Below, one piece after another: positions 19,283 through 29,996 of a stretch of DNA of 64,000 nt. The position numbers and the translations under genes were made by a program. The notes beneath the pieces are model-generated. The model was not told the DNA's origin and ran no database searches. It was given only the letters and a program-made list of their open reading frames with translations. Position 1 is the first letter of the stretch, and the number at the start of each line of letters is the position of its first letter. The DNA is from Leptonema sp. (in: bacteria) (GTDB taxonomy: Bacteria; Spirochaetota; Leptospiria; Leptospirales; Leptonemataceae). The DNA lies in the NCBI GenBank assembly GCA_046291925.1, contig JBKBRY010000014.1, positions 4,911 through 68,910 of the forward strand, written 5' to 3'.

Positions 19283-19912
19283 ATGGATAGGAAACAATTT
19301 CTTAGCGATGGGATAAAAGAAATTGCTAGGGAGTTTTATAAAACTCCTGTAGGGAACTATATAGATGCAAAATTGCAAAGTGTAATCAATGCCTTAGAGC
19401 CTTTTGCTTTTTATAGTATTGAAGAAGACTCAAAAAAGCATAATACGGAAGAAATCAAAATTCAATTTTTGAGACCTCCGGGTTCCCAAGATCCGGAAAA
19501 ATTTTTATCTTTATGTAATTCATGTGGGGATTGTATCATTGCTTGTCCTTATAATACAATTTTTCGTGTTTCAAAAATAGAGGGTCCTATTATAGATGTA
19601 AATTTTAGAGCTTGTTATTTATGCGAAGATTATCCTTGTATTTCTGCGTGCGAAACGAAAGCGTTACTTCCTTTAGAGTCAGGAGTACTTCCTTATTTTG
19701 GTAAAGCAAAAGTAGAACAACAAAAATGCTTAAATTTTCCATTGATCAATTCAAAAAAAAGAAAATTGAATTGTTCAGAATGCTTTGAACATTGTCCAGT
19801 AGAAAATGCCATTTCTTTAAAAAATAAGGTGCCACAAATCTTAGAGAATTGTGTAGGGTGTGGTGTTTGTAAAAAAAAATGTCCCGAAAATGCAATTCAA
19901 ATTCAGGTTTAG
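19283..19912 (+). CDS. 4Fe-4S ferredoxin-type iron-sulfur protein
   Basis: Cys clusters CNSCGDCIIACP and CVGCGVCKKKCP, plus additional Cys motifs. Confidence 0.7.
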   Translation: MDRKQFLSDGIKEIAREFYKTPVGNYIDAKLQSVINALEPFAFYSIEEDSKKHNTEEIKIQFLRPPGSQDPEKFLSLCNSCGDCIIACPYNTIFRVSKIEGPIIDVNFRACYLCEDYPCISACETKALLPLESGVLPYFGKAKVEQQKCLNFPLINSKKRKLNCSECFEHCPVENAISLKNKVPQILENCVGCGVCKKKCPENAIQIQV

Positions 19913-19958
19913 GAAAAATTCGAAGATATTGTTACAACAAGATCTTTAAGAAAATGAT

Positions 19959-20597
19959 ATGACCGAAGCTATCCTTAATTTTATAAAAGAACTGAATCCT
20001 TTCTGGATTTATTTTTTTTTGTTGTTTTCTACTTTTACAGAAAATGTCTTTCCACCTTGGCCTGGAGATACTTTTATTGTATTTAGTGGCTTTTTGATGT
20101 ATCATCAGATTTTGAATCCGATTTGGGTTTATTTTTTTACTACTATTGGAAATTTTTTAGGAGCATTTCTGATGTATTTTTTAGGAGAAACAATTTTAGA
20201 ATTTGCTCACAGGTTTCATAAAAAAGTGAAAATTGAATTTTTAAGAAATCTCTTAGAAACTATGATTTCAGAAGAACAAAAAATAAAAACAGAAAGAATA
20301 TTTGAAAAATGGGGATTTTGGTTTGTTTTGGTTTCAAGATTTTCTGCAGGAATTCGGTATTTTGTTAGCATTATCGCAGGCATTACAAAAATGAATTTAT
20401 CTATATTTTCTTTCGCCTTTTTTGTTGCAGTTTTAATCTGGAATACTATTTTACTTTTGGGGGGGTATATTTTGGCAGAGAATTGGGAAAAAGCTTTGGA
20501 ATGGCTTAGAGTTTATAATTACACTATTGGAATTCTAATCTTAGTAGTTGTAATATTTCTTTTTTATAGATTTTTTATTAATAAAAAAGAGTTATGA
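19959..20597 (+). CDS. DedA/SNARE-associated family membrane protein
   Basis: DedA motif VFPPWPGDTFIVFSGFL and a polytopic membrane protein of about 200 aa. Confidence 0.7.
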   Translation: MTEAILNFIKELNPFWIYFFLLFSTFTENVFPPWPGDTFIVFSGFLMYHQILNPIWVYFFTTIGNFLGAFLMYFLGETILEFAHRFHKKVKIEFLRNLLETMISEEQKIKTERIFEKWGFWFVLVSRFSAGIRYFVSIIAGITKMNLSIFSFAFFVAVLIWNTILLLGGYILAENWEKALEWLRVYNYTIGILILVVVIFLFYRFFINKKEL

Positions 20598-21349
20598 TAG
20601 ATTTTTATTCTATTATAAAAAGATTGCCAAATAAAATCGATTCTATTAGTGTTTTAACAGGTGCAGGAATTTCTAACGAGAGCGGAATTCCTACATTTCG
20701 TGGGAAAGATGGATTATGGAATCATTATAAACCTGAAGAATTGGCAACCCCCTATGCATTCCAGAAAAATCCAAAATTGGTTTGGGAATGGTACGAAATG
20801 AGAAGACAAATTATAAAAAAAGCAAATCCGAATTCAGCCCATTATACATTAGTCGAAATGGAAGAATATTTCGAGAATTTTTTGTTAGTAACCCAAAATG
20901 TAGATGGTTTACACGAAAGGGCAGGTTCTAAAAATTTGGTTGAACTACATGGAAACATATGGAGAACTCGATGCACTCAATGTAACTACAAAGAATTTTT
21001 GAATACGCCTTTAGAAGAAATTCCACCGAGATGTCCTAAGTGCGGGCATTTATTAAGACCCGATGTATTGTGGTTTGGGGAGAGTTACGATCAAAGAATG
21101 CTAAGTCATGTACAAAATATTTTAAATAAAAGCGATTTGGTTTTTGTAATTGGAAGTTCAGGTTATGTCTCTGTACCTGTCTACTTAGCAAAAGAAGCTC
21201 AATGGAATGGTGCTTTTATTTTAGAAATCAACTCGGAGCCTTCTCTATATACTGATTTTGTTGATGTATTTATCCAAAGCAAAGCAGCAGAAGCACTTCC
21301 TGTTTTGTGGGGAGAGATAAAAAAACATATTTTGAAAACTAATCCTTGA
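20594..21349 (+). CDS. cobB: NAD-dependent protein deacylase, Sir2 family
   Basis: GAGISNESGIPTFRG, the QNVDGLHERAG motif, and a Zn ribbon with CxxC...CxxC. Confidence 0.85.
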   Translation: MIDFYSIIKRLPNKIDSISVLTGAGISNESGIPTFRGKDGLWNHYKPEELATPYAFQKNPKLVWEWYEMRRQIIKKANPNSAHYTLVEMEEYFENFLLVTQNVDGLHERAGSKNLVELHGNIWRTRCTQCNYKEFLNTPLEEIPPRCPKCGHLLRPDVLWFGESYDQRMLSHVQNILNKSDLVFVIGSSGYVSVPVYLAKEAQWNGAFILEINSEPSLYTDFVDVFIQSKAAEALPVLWGEIKKHILKTNP

Positions 21350-23483
21350 TTTTTAAAGTGCCAGAAAGCACAGGGAATCTAAACCATCCTCTTGGATCAA
21401 TATTGTAACTATCTAAATGAAAGCTAGTGGCAAATCTCTCTCTTTTCCATTGGCTTTTATTCCACAGTTCAAAAAAAGTGTTGATGTTTATCTTGATTTC
21501 TTCTTCGGTAAGGGTATCTAAAATTTTTAAAAAATCATCAAAGTAAGGTAATGAAGTATTAATAATATTTTTTTTATTTTTAAAATTTATAAATTTTTCT
21601 AATATTTCTTTAGGTGAAAGCAACTCTTCTATTGCAAATCTTTCTATCATTGCCAAAATAGGATAAGGCATAAGATCTTTTTCGTCAGTTTGATTTTTTT
21701 CTAAGGGTAGCAATTCAGCAGTTGGGGGCAATTCCAATATTTTTTTTGCAACCTTTATTGGTTTAGTATAACTATCTTGATAGGTAGCAATCCATTCCAT
21801 AAATTTTAATAAAAATGGTTTATCTACCCCTGCAATAGGCGCCAGCCCTCCCGAAGTATCTCCATCCATTGTGGTATAGCCTACGCTTCCTTCGCTTCGA
21901 TTAGAAGTAGAAAGCAAAATAGTATTTGATATGTTTGCAACGAACCAAGATAAAACACTGCGGATCCTAGCTTGTAAATTTTGTAAAGGGATATTGTTTT
22001 CTTCCCAGCTTATTTTTTTTTGAAATAGATTTTCCATTAAAGAGATTATGTCTTCAAAGAATTTTTGTATATCTATAGTATAATGGGTAGAATAAATTTC
22101 TTTTGATAGCTCTTCTGCTTGAATCTTTGTTTCTTCTGAATTTTGTTTGGTTTTTTGGTATATAGTCCAGATCATATTCTGAGAGAAATGCTTAATTTGA
22201 TCTTCTAAAGATAAAGAAGAAATCTTTTTAAGTTCATCCGCGCTTATTTTAAAATTGATTTTTTTTATAAAATTTTGTAATCCTAATTCTTGAATCCCTT
22301 TTCGTATCATTTGGTGTACTAAAATCGCCGATACGGAGGAATCAACTCCGCCTGATAAAGATATGGTATACCCTTTGCTTTTTGTTTTTCTTAAATAATC
22401 AAAAAGTCCTAGTCTTTCTACCTCTAAGAATTCAATAAATATTCTCTTAGGATTTGAATCGTTTTCTTCAAAATCGGGTAGAGACATAATAGAAATATAA
22501 TCTATAATGTTTTTATATTCTTGCATAGGACTATTAGGAGTTTCTACAGAAAAAATTGGTTTTTTTATTTCTTTTTTAGATTCTACTTGTAATATAAATT
22601 TATTTAAATTGAGCTTTCTATCTTTTCTTCTTGAATAAATTCTGTCTCTTTTGTTTTTTAAATCTGATAAATCTAAACAAAAACTTCGTATAAGAACATC
22701 ACAAAAACTAAAACTTTGCTCTTCGTACAATAATGTTCCTTGTTTAGAAAGTAGAAAACCACCATCATAGATTGCTTTTCCTGATTCATTGCCTAATAGA
22801 TTTACAGAAAAATAATAACAATGAAAATATAAAGAAGAAGAAATTGCTATATTTTTTCTTAAATTCCATTTTCCAAATCCAAAATGGGATGCAGCTGGAT
22901 TTAAAAGTAAATCTATATCTAAATCGTAAAATTGATTTGCAGGTCTTTTATTTACCCAAGAATCCTCACAAATTTCTACTCCAATTCGGATGCCATTCCA
23001 TTCGATTATGCCTTTACCAAAATAAAATTTGTAAATTTTATCTTTAAAGTTGTAAGCTATTTCAGAGAATTTTTTATGATAACTGGTAAACCATCTTGGT
23101 TCGTAATGTAGACCTTCTCCTGCAAGAAAACTTTTGGGAATCATTCCAACTATTGTACCAGAGTGTATGATTGCCATGCAATTAAAAATGCTGCCACGAT
23201 AATAAAAAGGTAATCCTAAAAAAATTAATGCTTTTGTAATTTGATTGGAAAATTTAATAATTTCTAATAGAGTAGTGAATGATTTTTCTTTTGTATCCGA
23301 AAATAAAAATCCATCTTCGCATCCGTATCCCGAAAGGGCTAGTTCTGGAAATACAACAATATGACTTTGATTGGTTGTGTAATTATCTGTTTTTGAATAA
23401 TATTCTAAGGATTCTAATATCCTGTTTTTATTTTCTTCCCAATCTAATGGGGTTTGGTTTAAAGAAATGCCCGTAATTATCAT
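21339..23483 (-). CDS. nadE: Glutamine-dependent NAD+ synthetase (nitrilase domain + NAD synthase domain)
   Basis: N-terminal CN-hydrolase domain. C-terminal PP-loop SLSGGVDSS. 714 aa is typical of the long glutamine-dependent NadE. Confidence 0.85.
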   Translation of the reverse strand: MIITGISLNQTPLDWEENKNRILESLEYYSKTDNYTTNQSHIVVFPELALSGYGCEDGFLFSDTKEKSFTTLLEIIKFSNQITKALIFLGLPFYYRGSIFNCMAIIHSGTIVGMIPKSFLAGEGLHYEPRWFTSYHKKFSEIAYNFKDKIYKFYFGKGIIEWNGIRIGVEICEDSWVNKRPANQFYDLDIDLLLNPAASHFGFGKWNLRKNIAISSSLYFHCYYFSVNLLGNESGKAIYDGGFLLSKQGTLLYEEQSFSFCDVLIRSFCLDLSDLKNKRDRIYSRRKDRKLNLNKFILQVESKKEIKKPIFSVETPNSPMQEYKNIIDYISIMSLPDFEENDSNPKRIFIEFLEVERLGLFDYLRKTKSKGYTISLSGGVDSSVSAILVHQMIRKGIQELGLQNFIKKINFKISADELKKISSLSLEDQIKHFSQNMIWTIYQKTKQNSEETKIQAEELSKEIYSTHYTIDIQKFFEDIISLMENLFQKKISWEENNIPLQNLQARIRSVLSWFVANISNTILLSTSNRSEGSVGYTTMDGDTSGGLAPIAGVDKPFLLKFMEWIATYQDSYTKPIKVAKKILELPPTAELLPLEKNQTDEKDLMPYPILAMIERFAIEELLSPKEILEKFINFKNKKNIINTSLPYFDDFLKILDTLTEEEIKININTFFELWNKSQWKRERFATSFHLDSYNIDPRGWFRFPVLSGTLKIKD

Positions 23484-23486
23484 AAT

Positions 23487-24146
23487 TTATAACAATTTTT
23501 CTAAAATGGTTTTCAATATGATATAGCCGTCTTTTTTTTGGTTTAAGGGATCTATTGCCCTTTCTGGATGTGGCATTATACCTAGTATTTTTTTGTTTTT
23601 ACTTAAAACACCTGCGATATCGTTCATTGAACCATTTGGGTTTTCTTTATAGTAAAAAGCAATTCGTCCTTCGTTTAGTAACTCTTTCATAGTTTCTTTA
23701 TCTGCAATGTAATTACCTTCGGAGTGAGAAACAGGTATAGAATACACATCGTTCAATTCTTTAAAAAAATCACAATTTCCTTTTATAATGGGAACATCTT
23801 TTGCTATGTGAAGTAAATTCTTGTTTCTAACTAAGGCACCAGGTAATAATTTTGCTTCGCATAATATCTGAAATCCATTACAAATTCCTAGAACCGGTTT
23901 CTTTTTTTTTACATGTTCAAATAAACTACTCATCGCTTTAGAAAATCTTGCAATAGCACCACATCGCAAATAATCTCCATAGGAAAAGCCACCAGGCAGA
24001 ATCAGAAAGTCATATTTTTTTTCTTCGAAAGTAGAATCATACCAAATTATATCCACTTTAATAGAAAAAAATCTTTCTAAAACGTATTGAATATCTCTAT
24101 CGCAATTAGATCCCGGAAAGGTAATTACACCTACCTGATGCTTCAT
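23487..24146 (-). CDS. purQ: Phosphoribosylformylglycinamidine synthase, glutaminase subunit
   Basis: GATase1 motif GICNGFQIL and His/Glu in HPER at the C-terminus. Start chosen at MKHQVGVITFPGSNCD, which overlaps the purS stop by 4 nt (ATGA). Confidence 0.85.
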   Translation of the reverse strand: MKHQVGVITFPGSNCDRDIQYVLERFFSIKVDIIWYDSTFEEKKYDFLILPGGFSYGDYLRCGAIARFSKAMSSLFEHVKKKKPVLGICNGFQILCEAKLLPGALVRNKNLLHIAKDVPIIKGNCDFFKELNDVYSIPVSHSEGNYIADKETMKELLNEGRIAFYYKENPNGSMNDIAGVLSKNKKILGIMPHPERAIDPLNQKKDGYIILKTILEKLL

Positions 24147-24385
24147 AAAATCTCGTATTTGTAAGTTTCTATAACTTCGTTTACTAATAGATTTTTGCAC
24201 ATCTCTTCCACTCTTTTTTTGGCTTCTTCTTTATCTGATGTATTCAACCACAATTGTATAAATTTTCCCATCCTAACTTTTTCGACTTCTTTAAAGTTTA
24301 AACTGTGTAAAGCATTTTGGATCGTTATACCTTGTGGATCTAGTATACTTTCTTTTAAAGAAATATAAATTTTAGCTTGTAACAC
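24143..24385 (-). CDS. purS: Phosphoribosylformylglycinamidine synthase subunit PurS
   Basis: 80 aa PurS fold (MLQAKIYISLKESILDPQG...), directly upstream of purQ. Confidence 0.8.
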   Translation of the reverse strand: MLQAKIYISLKESILDPQGITIQNALHSLNFKEVEKVRMGKFIQLWLNTSDKEEAKKRVEEMCKNLLVNEVIETYKYEIL

Positions 24386-24466
24386 TTTACCAAAATTATT
24401 GTTTGTTTTATACTAACAATCCTTTTCTTTAAAAAATGTTTTGACAATTAAAAATAATTCAATAAA

Positions 24467-25876
24467 TTGATCCAAACATTAATTGGGGGGAATATGCGTC
24501 CTATCGAAGATTTGCCTTTAAGCAAGCAGATTTTTTATGCTATAGGTCAATTGGGATGGTCTATCACCGTTAATATAATCGGAATACAATTGGTATATTT
24601 CTACGCTCCGCCAGAAAATGCCGGAATCAATTATTACATACCACAAATAACTTTTTTAGGTTTTTTGAATTTGGTTTCTATTCTTGCTGCTTCTGGAAGA
24701 TTATTCGATGCCATAACGGATCCTTTGATCGCTGGATTAAGTGATCGTTCCAAACATCCAAAAGGTAGACGAATCCCTTTTTTAAAATGGGGTGCTGTCC
24801 CTACAGGAATATTCTGCTTTTTAATTTTCTTTCCTATTGTTAAGGATGTTTCCTATTTAAATGTGATTTATATTTTTGTTGTGCAAGCTTTATTTTTTTT
24901 ATTTTTAACAATCTATGTTACCCCCTATTTTGCTTTGCTTGCTGAATTTCCTGCAAATCAAAGATTAAACTTATCTACCTACATTTCGATTACATATGCT
25001 TTGGGAATTATGTTGGCTTCGCAGGTTCCTACTTTGGCTAATTTCATTAAGGATACTTTTCAGATAGAATTTACAGCAGCAATTCAGACTGCGATAGGAA
25101 TCTTATTGATAATAGCAATTTTGTTAATGTTGGTTCCAGTTGTAACTATAGATGAAAAAAGATATTGTAAATCTGAACCCATAGAGATTCCAATTATAGA
25201 GTCTTTAAAAAGCACTTTGAAAAATCCTTATTTTAAATATTATGTGATTGCTGATTTTTCTTACTTTGCAGCGCTAACTATCATAATGACTGGGCTATTA
25301 TTCTATACTACTGTATTGTTATTCCCAGATAATAAAACTAAAGGGGAAAACCTTATTGGGGTTTTGTTACCTTTAATGATTCTTACATCTTTCGTACTCT
25401 ATCCTGTTGTAAATTTATTAGCAAAAAAGGTAGGCAAGAAAAGTCTTGTAGTGATTTCTTATGCAATAATGAGTTTAGTTTTTTTTAATGTTTATTTTCT
25501 TGGGGAGAAATTCTATAATACTATCATATCTCCAGAAATTCAAGCTTTTGGTATTGTGATTTTATATTCAATTCCTTTATCATTTGTTTCCATTTTACCC
25601 AATGCTATTTTGGCAGATATTGCGGAATATGATGCCTTAGAAACTCAGGTTCCTAAAGAGGCAATGTATTTTGCGGCAAGAACATTTTTACAAAAATTTG
25701 GACAAACGTTTGGTATTTTTATATTTGCGATTTTATTATTATTTGGAAAGGATCCAGGCAATGATATTGGTATTAGAATGACAGGTTTAGCTGGATTTTT
25801 GCTATCAGTTTTTTCAACAATATTTTTCTCAAGATATGACGAAAAATCTGTGTTAAAAAGATTAGAAAAACGTTAA
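24467..25876 (+). CDS. MFS transporter, glycoside-pentoside-hexuronide:cation symporter-like
   Basis: About 12 TM helices and GPH-family features (DR-motif region LSDRSKHPKGRR). Confidence 0.65.
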   Translation: MIQTLIGGNMRPIEDLPLSKQIFYAIGQLGWSITVNIIGIQLVYFYAPPENAGINYYIPQITFLGFLNLVSILAASGRLFDAITDPLIAGLSDRSKHPKGRRIPFLKWGAVPTGIFCFLIFFPIVKDVSYLNVIYIFVVQALFFLFLTIYVTPYFALLAEFPANQRLNLSTYISITYALGIMLASQVPTLANFIKDTFQIEFTAAIQTAIGILLIIAILLMLVPVVTIDEKRYCKSEPIEIPIIESLKSTLKNPYFKYYVIADFSYFAALTIIMTGLLFYTTVLLFPDNKTKGENLIGVLLPLMILTSFVLYPVVNLLAKKVGKKSLVVISYAIMSLVFFNVYFLGEKFYNTIISPEIQAFGIVILYSIPLSFVSILPNAILADIAEYDALETQVPKEAMYFAARTFLQKFGQTFGIFIFAILLLFGKDPGNDIGIRMTGLAGFLLSVFSTIFFSRYDEKSVLKRLEKR

Positions 25877-26595
25877 AAATCCCTCTACGCCACTACTTTT
25901 TTGATTTTTGGTAAACGAATTTTTTTATTATGCTAAAATTTTTTTTATTTGATCTATAAGTTTGTTGTTAAAATTTTTCTTCTTTTACTTTATACATATT
26001 TAGTCTTCTGATAAGGGAAACTCAATTTTTGGGATTGTATTTTTCTCATTTTTATTTACGTGAAAATTTTTAGCTTATCAATCTAGCTTATTTAATTAAA
26101 AAAACTATCAAAGCTAAACCAAATCCTTCACCCTCATGAGTGGTAGTTCCAAAATGGAATATAAAATCAATCAAATCCTTAGATTTCATTGCTTTACAAA
26201 GGCTTTCTTGTATTCTTTTTTTCTTTTTGGGGAAGCATTTTTGTGTTATTGATTACAAAAATTAGAATTCTTTTCTGATCAATATCTACAATCAATCGTA
26301 CAATAAACCTAAATCCTCTATAGCGTTATCAACTCTTTTTTAAAGTTACTTCAGAAGTACAATTATCTTTAAGTAAATAAGTCTTTATAACTTTTTTTTA
26401 GTTCTTTTATACAGGGGTTGTATTCTTCTTTGTTAGCAAAGGAAAAGTATCCTCCTTGAATTAGCTTTTATTGGATTATTTAATCATTCATAAACTGTTT
26501 GAAAAAAAATCTCTTTTACTTCTTTTTTGTTTTTTTGAAAATAATTCTAAAATTTTCTTATCATATAGGATTCTAAATTTAAATTCATTTAGCAT

Positions 26596-26778
26596 TTAAT
26601 ATATTTTTGGATCTTTACCAAGGGAGGAATAAACTTCGAAAATAAAAATAGAGATTTGCATTAACCAAAGTATTTTGCTTTCGTGATTGAGATTTTTAAA
26701 TTCTGTATGTCCATTAAATAGCGAAGGATCCAAGTTTTTAATGATTTTTAATAATTTGGATTTTTCAGAATCTATCAT
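26596..26778 (-). CDS. Small hypothetical protein, co-oriented immediately downstream of nucleotidyltransferase gene
   Basis: 60-aa ORF. Its start is 1 nt after the upstream gene stop. No recognisable motif. Confidence 0.25.
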   Translation of the reverse strand: MIDSEKSKLLKIIKNLDPSLFNGHTEFKNLNHESKILWLMQISIFIFEVYSSLGKDPKIY

Positions 26779-26779
26779 A

Positions 26780-27298
26780 CTATCTTACCTCCTTTTTTGG
26801 ATTTTGGGTTGAATTTTTCAGTTCTTTTATATCCATAATGTCTTTATCTCTTGGTTTTTCTAACTTTTCTTTTAGTTCAATAATGGCTTCTCGAGATAAT
26901 ATGCAAATTTTATGCCCAAAAAGTTCTACAGTATCTGTTTTATGGATCCATCTTTCGTAGGCTAAATCAGGATGAATTAAAACATCTACCTGTTTAAAGG
27001 GTTTTTCTTTATCTATAAAAGTAAAAGCAATAGCATTTTTTTCTTTAATTATTAAGTCGATTAGTTCGGGATTGAGTAAAGTACCTTCGGGAATGGGTGC
27101 TCTTGGTGTTAAATTAAATTTTTTCATTACTTGTAAAAATTTTTTAAGATTGTCTTCTTCTCTACTTATGGAAATGTCTAAATCGAGTGTCATTCTTTCC
27201 ACACCATGTAGCACAACTGCCACACCCCCAAAAATAATAAATTGAATTTTTTCTTCTGAAAGGGATATTAAAATATCTTTTAAAAAACTTTCTGACAT
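26780..27298 (-). CDS. Minimal Pol-beta-superfamily nucleotidyltransferase-fold protein
   Basis: hGG-x9-13-DhD signature: FIIFGGVAVVLHGVERMTLDLDISI. 172 aa. The start overlaps the fba stop by 1 nt. Confidence 0.5.
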   Translation of the reverse strand: MSESFLKDILISLSEEKIQFIIFGGVAVVLHGVERMTLDLDISISREEDNLKKFLQVMKKFNLTPRAPIPEGTLLNPELIDLIIKEKNAIAFTFIDKEKPFKQVDVLIHPDLAYERWIHKTDTVELFGHKICILSREAIIELKEKLEKPRDKDIMDIKELKNSTQNPKKEVR

Positions 27299-28338
27299 TA
27301 ATTTTTATAAAATTCAGCAAACTTTTCTACAGGAACCTGTTTGATTTTGCTAGCGTTTCCTGCTGTCCAAAAGGACTCAAATCTGTGTTTGCATATTTCT
27401 TTCATTGCCTTCATTGCGGGTTTTAAAAAACTTCTGGGATCAAACTCAGAAGGATTCTTAAACATTATTTCTCTAATAGCTGCTGTCCAAGCAAGTCGTA
27501 GATCTGTATCAATGTTGATTTTTCTTACGCCATTTTGGATTCCTTTTTGAATTTCTTCGATAGGGACTCCATAGGTTTCTGGAATATTGCCTCCAAATTC
27601 ATTGATTTTAAGCCTTAACTCTTGAGGAACAGAAGAGGAGCCATGCATTACCAAATGGGTATTGGGGATTTTTTCATGGATTTCCTTGATTCTAGAAATT
27701 ACCAATACTTCCCCTGTCGGTTTTTGTTTGAATTTGTAAGCACCATGGCTTGTTCCTATAGCAACGGCAAGAGCATCGACTTTGGTGAGTTCAACAAATT
27801 TTTTAGCTTCTTCTGGATCTGTCAGCAGTTGCTCTTTTGTTAAAATTCCTTCTGCACCATGGCCATCTTCTTTATCACCTTTCATTGTTTCCAACGAACC
27901 AAGACAGCCTAGCTCTCCTTCTACACTGATTCCCAAACTGTGTGCTACTTGGACTACTTCTCTTGTTACAGTTACATTGTATTCGAACTCTGCAGGGGTT
28001 TTTCCATCTTCTAAAAGGGAGCCATCCATCATTACGCTTGTAAATCCCAATCTTATAGCTGAATAGCAAGTTGTTGGACTGTTTCCATGATCTTGGTGTA
28101 ATGCTACAGGAATTTCTGGCCAAGTTTCCGTTGCTGCTAAAATTAAATGTCGTATAAAATTTTCTCCAGCATATTTTCTAGCACCTCTAGATACTTGAAG
28201 AATTACAGGGCTATCAGTTTCATATGCAGCTTCCATTATAGAAAGGACTTGCTCTAAATTATTCACATTAAAAGCTGGGATACCATAACCGTTCTCTGCA
28301 GCATGATCTAACAATAATCTCATGGGTACTAATGACAT
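27298..28338 (-). CDS. fba: Fructose-bisphosphate aldolase, class II
   Basis: 346 aa. The N-terminus [27 protein letters not shown] and the Zn-binding HQDHG / HGSSS motifs are typical of class II FBA. Confidence 0.9.
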   Translation of the reverse strand: MSLVPMRLLLDHAAENGYGIPAFNVNNLEQVLSIMEAAYETDSPVILQVSRGARKYAGENFIRHLILAATETWPEIPVALHQDHGNSPTTCYSAIRLGFTSVMMDGSLLEDGKTPAEFEYNVTVTREVVQVAHSLGISVEGELGCLGSLETMKGDKEDGHGAEGILTKEQLLTDPEEAKKFVELTKVDALAVAIGTSHGAYKFKQKPTGEVLVISRIKEIHEKIPNTHLVMHGSSSVPQELRLKINEFGGNIPETYGVPIEEIQKGIQNGVRKINIDTDLRLAWTAAIREIMFKNPSEFDPRSFLKPAMKAMKEICKHRFESFWTAGNASKIKQVPVEKFAEFYKN

Positions 28339-28484
28339 AAATTCATTAAAAAAAAATAAAAATTTAAAGCAACTTTTTTTTATTTATTGAATTGTAGATT
28401 TTTAAAATAGTAGTTGATATTTTGATTACGAAGAAAATTTATAATTTTTTTAGAAAAAATATAGATAATAGGATTAGTTTATTT

Positions 28485-28991
28485 ATGGCAGATGATAAAT
28501 TAGAAGAATCTAAATTAACCTCTGAAGATTTAGACAAAATTCTTTCTGGTCTTGAAGAAGGAGAAACTCCTAAAAAAGAATCAAAAGAACCTTCCTTAGA
28601 GGAAAATCTTTCTGATTTATTACAGAATATTGGAGAGCCAAAAGGATCTCTTACAGAGGAATTTTCTAGTTCAATAGCAGAAGATATAATTAATCAAAGT
28701 ACTGTTTCTTTGTCTTCTTCTCAAATCGAAAGATCGAGTATACAAGTTAATGAACTATATGATATAACCGTAAAGTTAGCTGTTGAATTAGGAAGGACTC
28801 TTATGAGTATTAAAGATATAATTTTAATAAGTGAAGGTTCTATTATTGAGTTAGATAAACATATAGATGACGAAGTAGATATTCTGATTAACGATAGACT
28901 TTTTGGTAGAGGGAAATTAGTGCTTCTTGATGAATTTTATGGGGTTCAAATTACCCAAATTTTGAATCCATCAACTTTTAAAAATTTGTAA
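28485..28991 (+). CDS. fliN: Flagellar motor switch protein FliN
   Basis: C-terminal SpoA/FliN domain GSIIELDK...DILINDRLFGRGKLVLLDEFYGVQI. Start chosen at ATG 28485, since the ORF begins at TTG 28422. Confidence 0.75.
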   Translation: MADDKLEESKLTSEDLDKILSGLEEGETPKKESKEPSLEENLSDLLQNIGEPKGSLTEEFSSSIAEDIINQSTVSLSSSQIERSSIQVNELYDITVKLAVELGRTLMSIKDIILISEGSIIELDKHIDDEVDILINDRLFGRGKLVLLDEFYGVQITQILNPSTFKNL

Positions 28992-29107
28992 TTCTAAAAA
29001 TTTGTTCATGGGAATCTAATTTTAGAAAAAAAAAATCCGAATTTAAATAATAAGCAAAACAAGAGCAAGGAAGCTCTTAAATCTAATAGTTTCATGGAGG
29101 AAACGAT

Positions 29108-29953
29108 ATGATAATAAACCATAACCTTGCGGCGATTAATTCGCATAGAGTATTAAAATTCCAGCAATGGGCTGTAGACAAAAACATGGAAAAATTATCC
29201 TCAGGTTTGAGGATCAATAGAGCAGGCGACGATGCATCTGGTTTAGCGGTTTCAGAAAAAATGAGAGCTCAAATCAATGGTCTTAGGCAAGCAGAGAGAA
29301 ACACAGAGGATGGAATGAGTTTAATCCAAACAGCTGAAGGATATTTACAAGAGTTAGCAGATATTATTCAAAGAATTCGTGTACTTGCAGTTCAATCTTC
29401 CAATGGTATTTATACTGCAGAAGATAGACAAATGATTCAAGTAGAAGTATCTCAATTGATTGATGAAGTTGATAGAATAGCATCTCAAGCAGAATTCAAC
29501 AAGATGAATTTATTTCAAGGTGATTTTGCGAGAGGTTCTAGGATCTCTTCTATGTGGTTCCATATAGGTCCAAATCAGCATCAACGAGAAAGAGTGTACA
29601 TCCAAACAATGACTTCTCGTGCTTTAAACTTAAAGCGATATGATGGTTCTTTATTGACCCTTTCAACGGCGGAATACGCAAATGATGCAATTGGAGTGCT
29701 TGATACAGCTCTTTATAGAATCAATAAACAAAGGGCTGATTTGGGTGCATACTACAATAGGTTAGAACATACCTCTAAAGGTTTGATGGTAGCTTACGAA
29801 AACACACAAGCTGCTGAATCTAGAATACGTGATGTTGATATGGCAGAAGAATCTGTTAGCTTTACGAAAAATCAAATTCTTGTACAAAGTGGTACTGCAA
29901 TGTTGGCTCAAGCCAATGTTAGACCTCAATCTGTATTACAGTTGTTGCGATAA
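29108..29953 (+). CDS. flaB: Flagellar filament core flagellin FlaB
   Basis: Conserved flagellin N-terminus [14 protein letters not shown] and C-terminus VLQLLR. GGAGGA RBS upstream. Confidence 0.9.
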   Translation: MIINHNLAAINSHRVLKFQQWAVDKNMEKLSSGLRINRAGDDASGLAVSEKMRAQINGLRQAERNTEDGMSLIQTAEGYLQELADIIQRIRVLAVQSSNGIYTAEDRQMIQVEVSQLIDEVDRIASQAEFNKMNLFQGDFARGSRISSMWFHIGPNQHQRERVYIQTMTSRALNLKRYDGSLLTLSTAEYANDAIGVLDTALYRINKQRADLGAYYNRLEHTSKGLMVAYENTQAAESRIRDVDMAEESVSFTKNQILVQSGTAMLAQANVRPQSVLQLLR

Positions 29954-29962
29954 ATTGAATTT

Positions 29963-29989
29963 ACCCGCTTTGGGCGGGTCTTTTTTTTT
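29963..29989 (+). terminator. Rho-independent terminator after flaB
   Basis: GC stem acccgc-tttg-ggcgggt followed by a T9 run, 10 nt after the flaB stop. Confidence 0.75.
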
Positions 29990-29996
29990 GATTTAA

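Noticed and set aside
27341-28123. ORFs on both strands overlapping the fba gene
   Set aside because: The class II aldolase assignment is unambiguous, so the overlapping ORFs are shadow frames.
28992-29107. Sigma-28-type promoter upstream of flaB
   Set aside because: Only a weak resemblance (TAGA...CCGAATT) to TAAA-N15-GCCGATAA. It is not convincing without a search tool.
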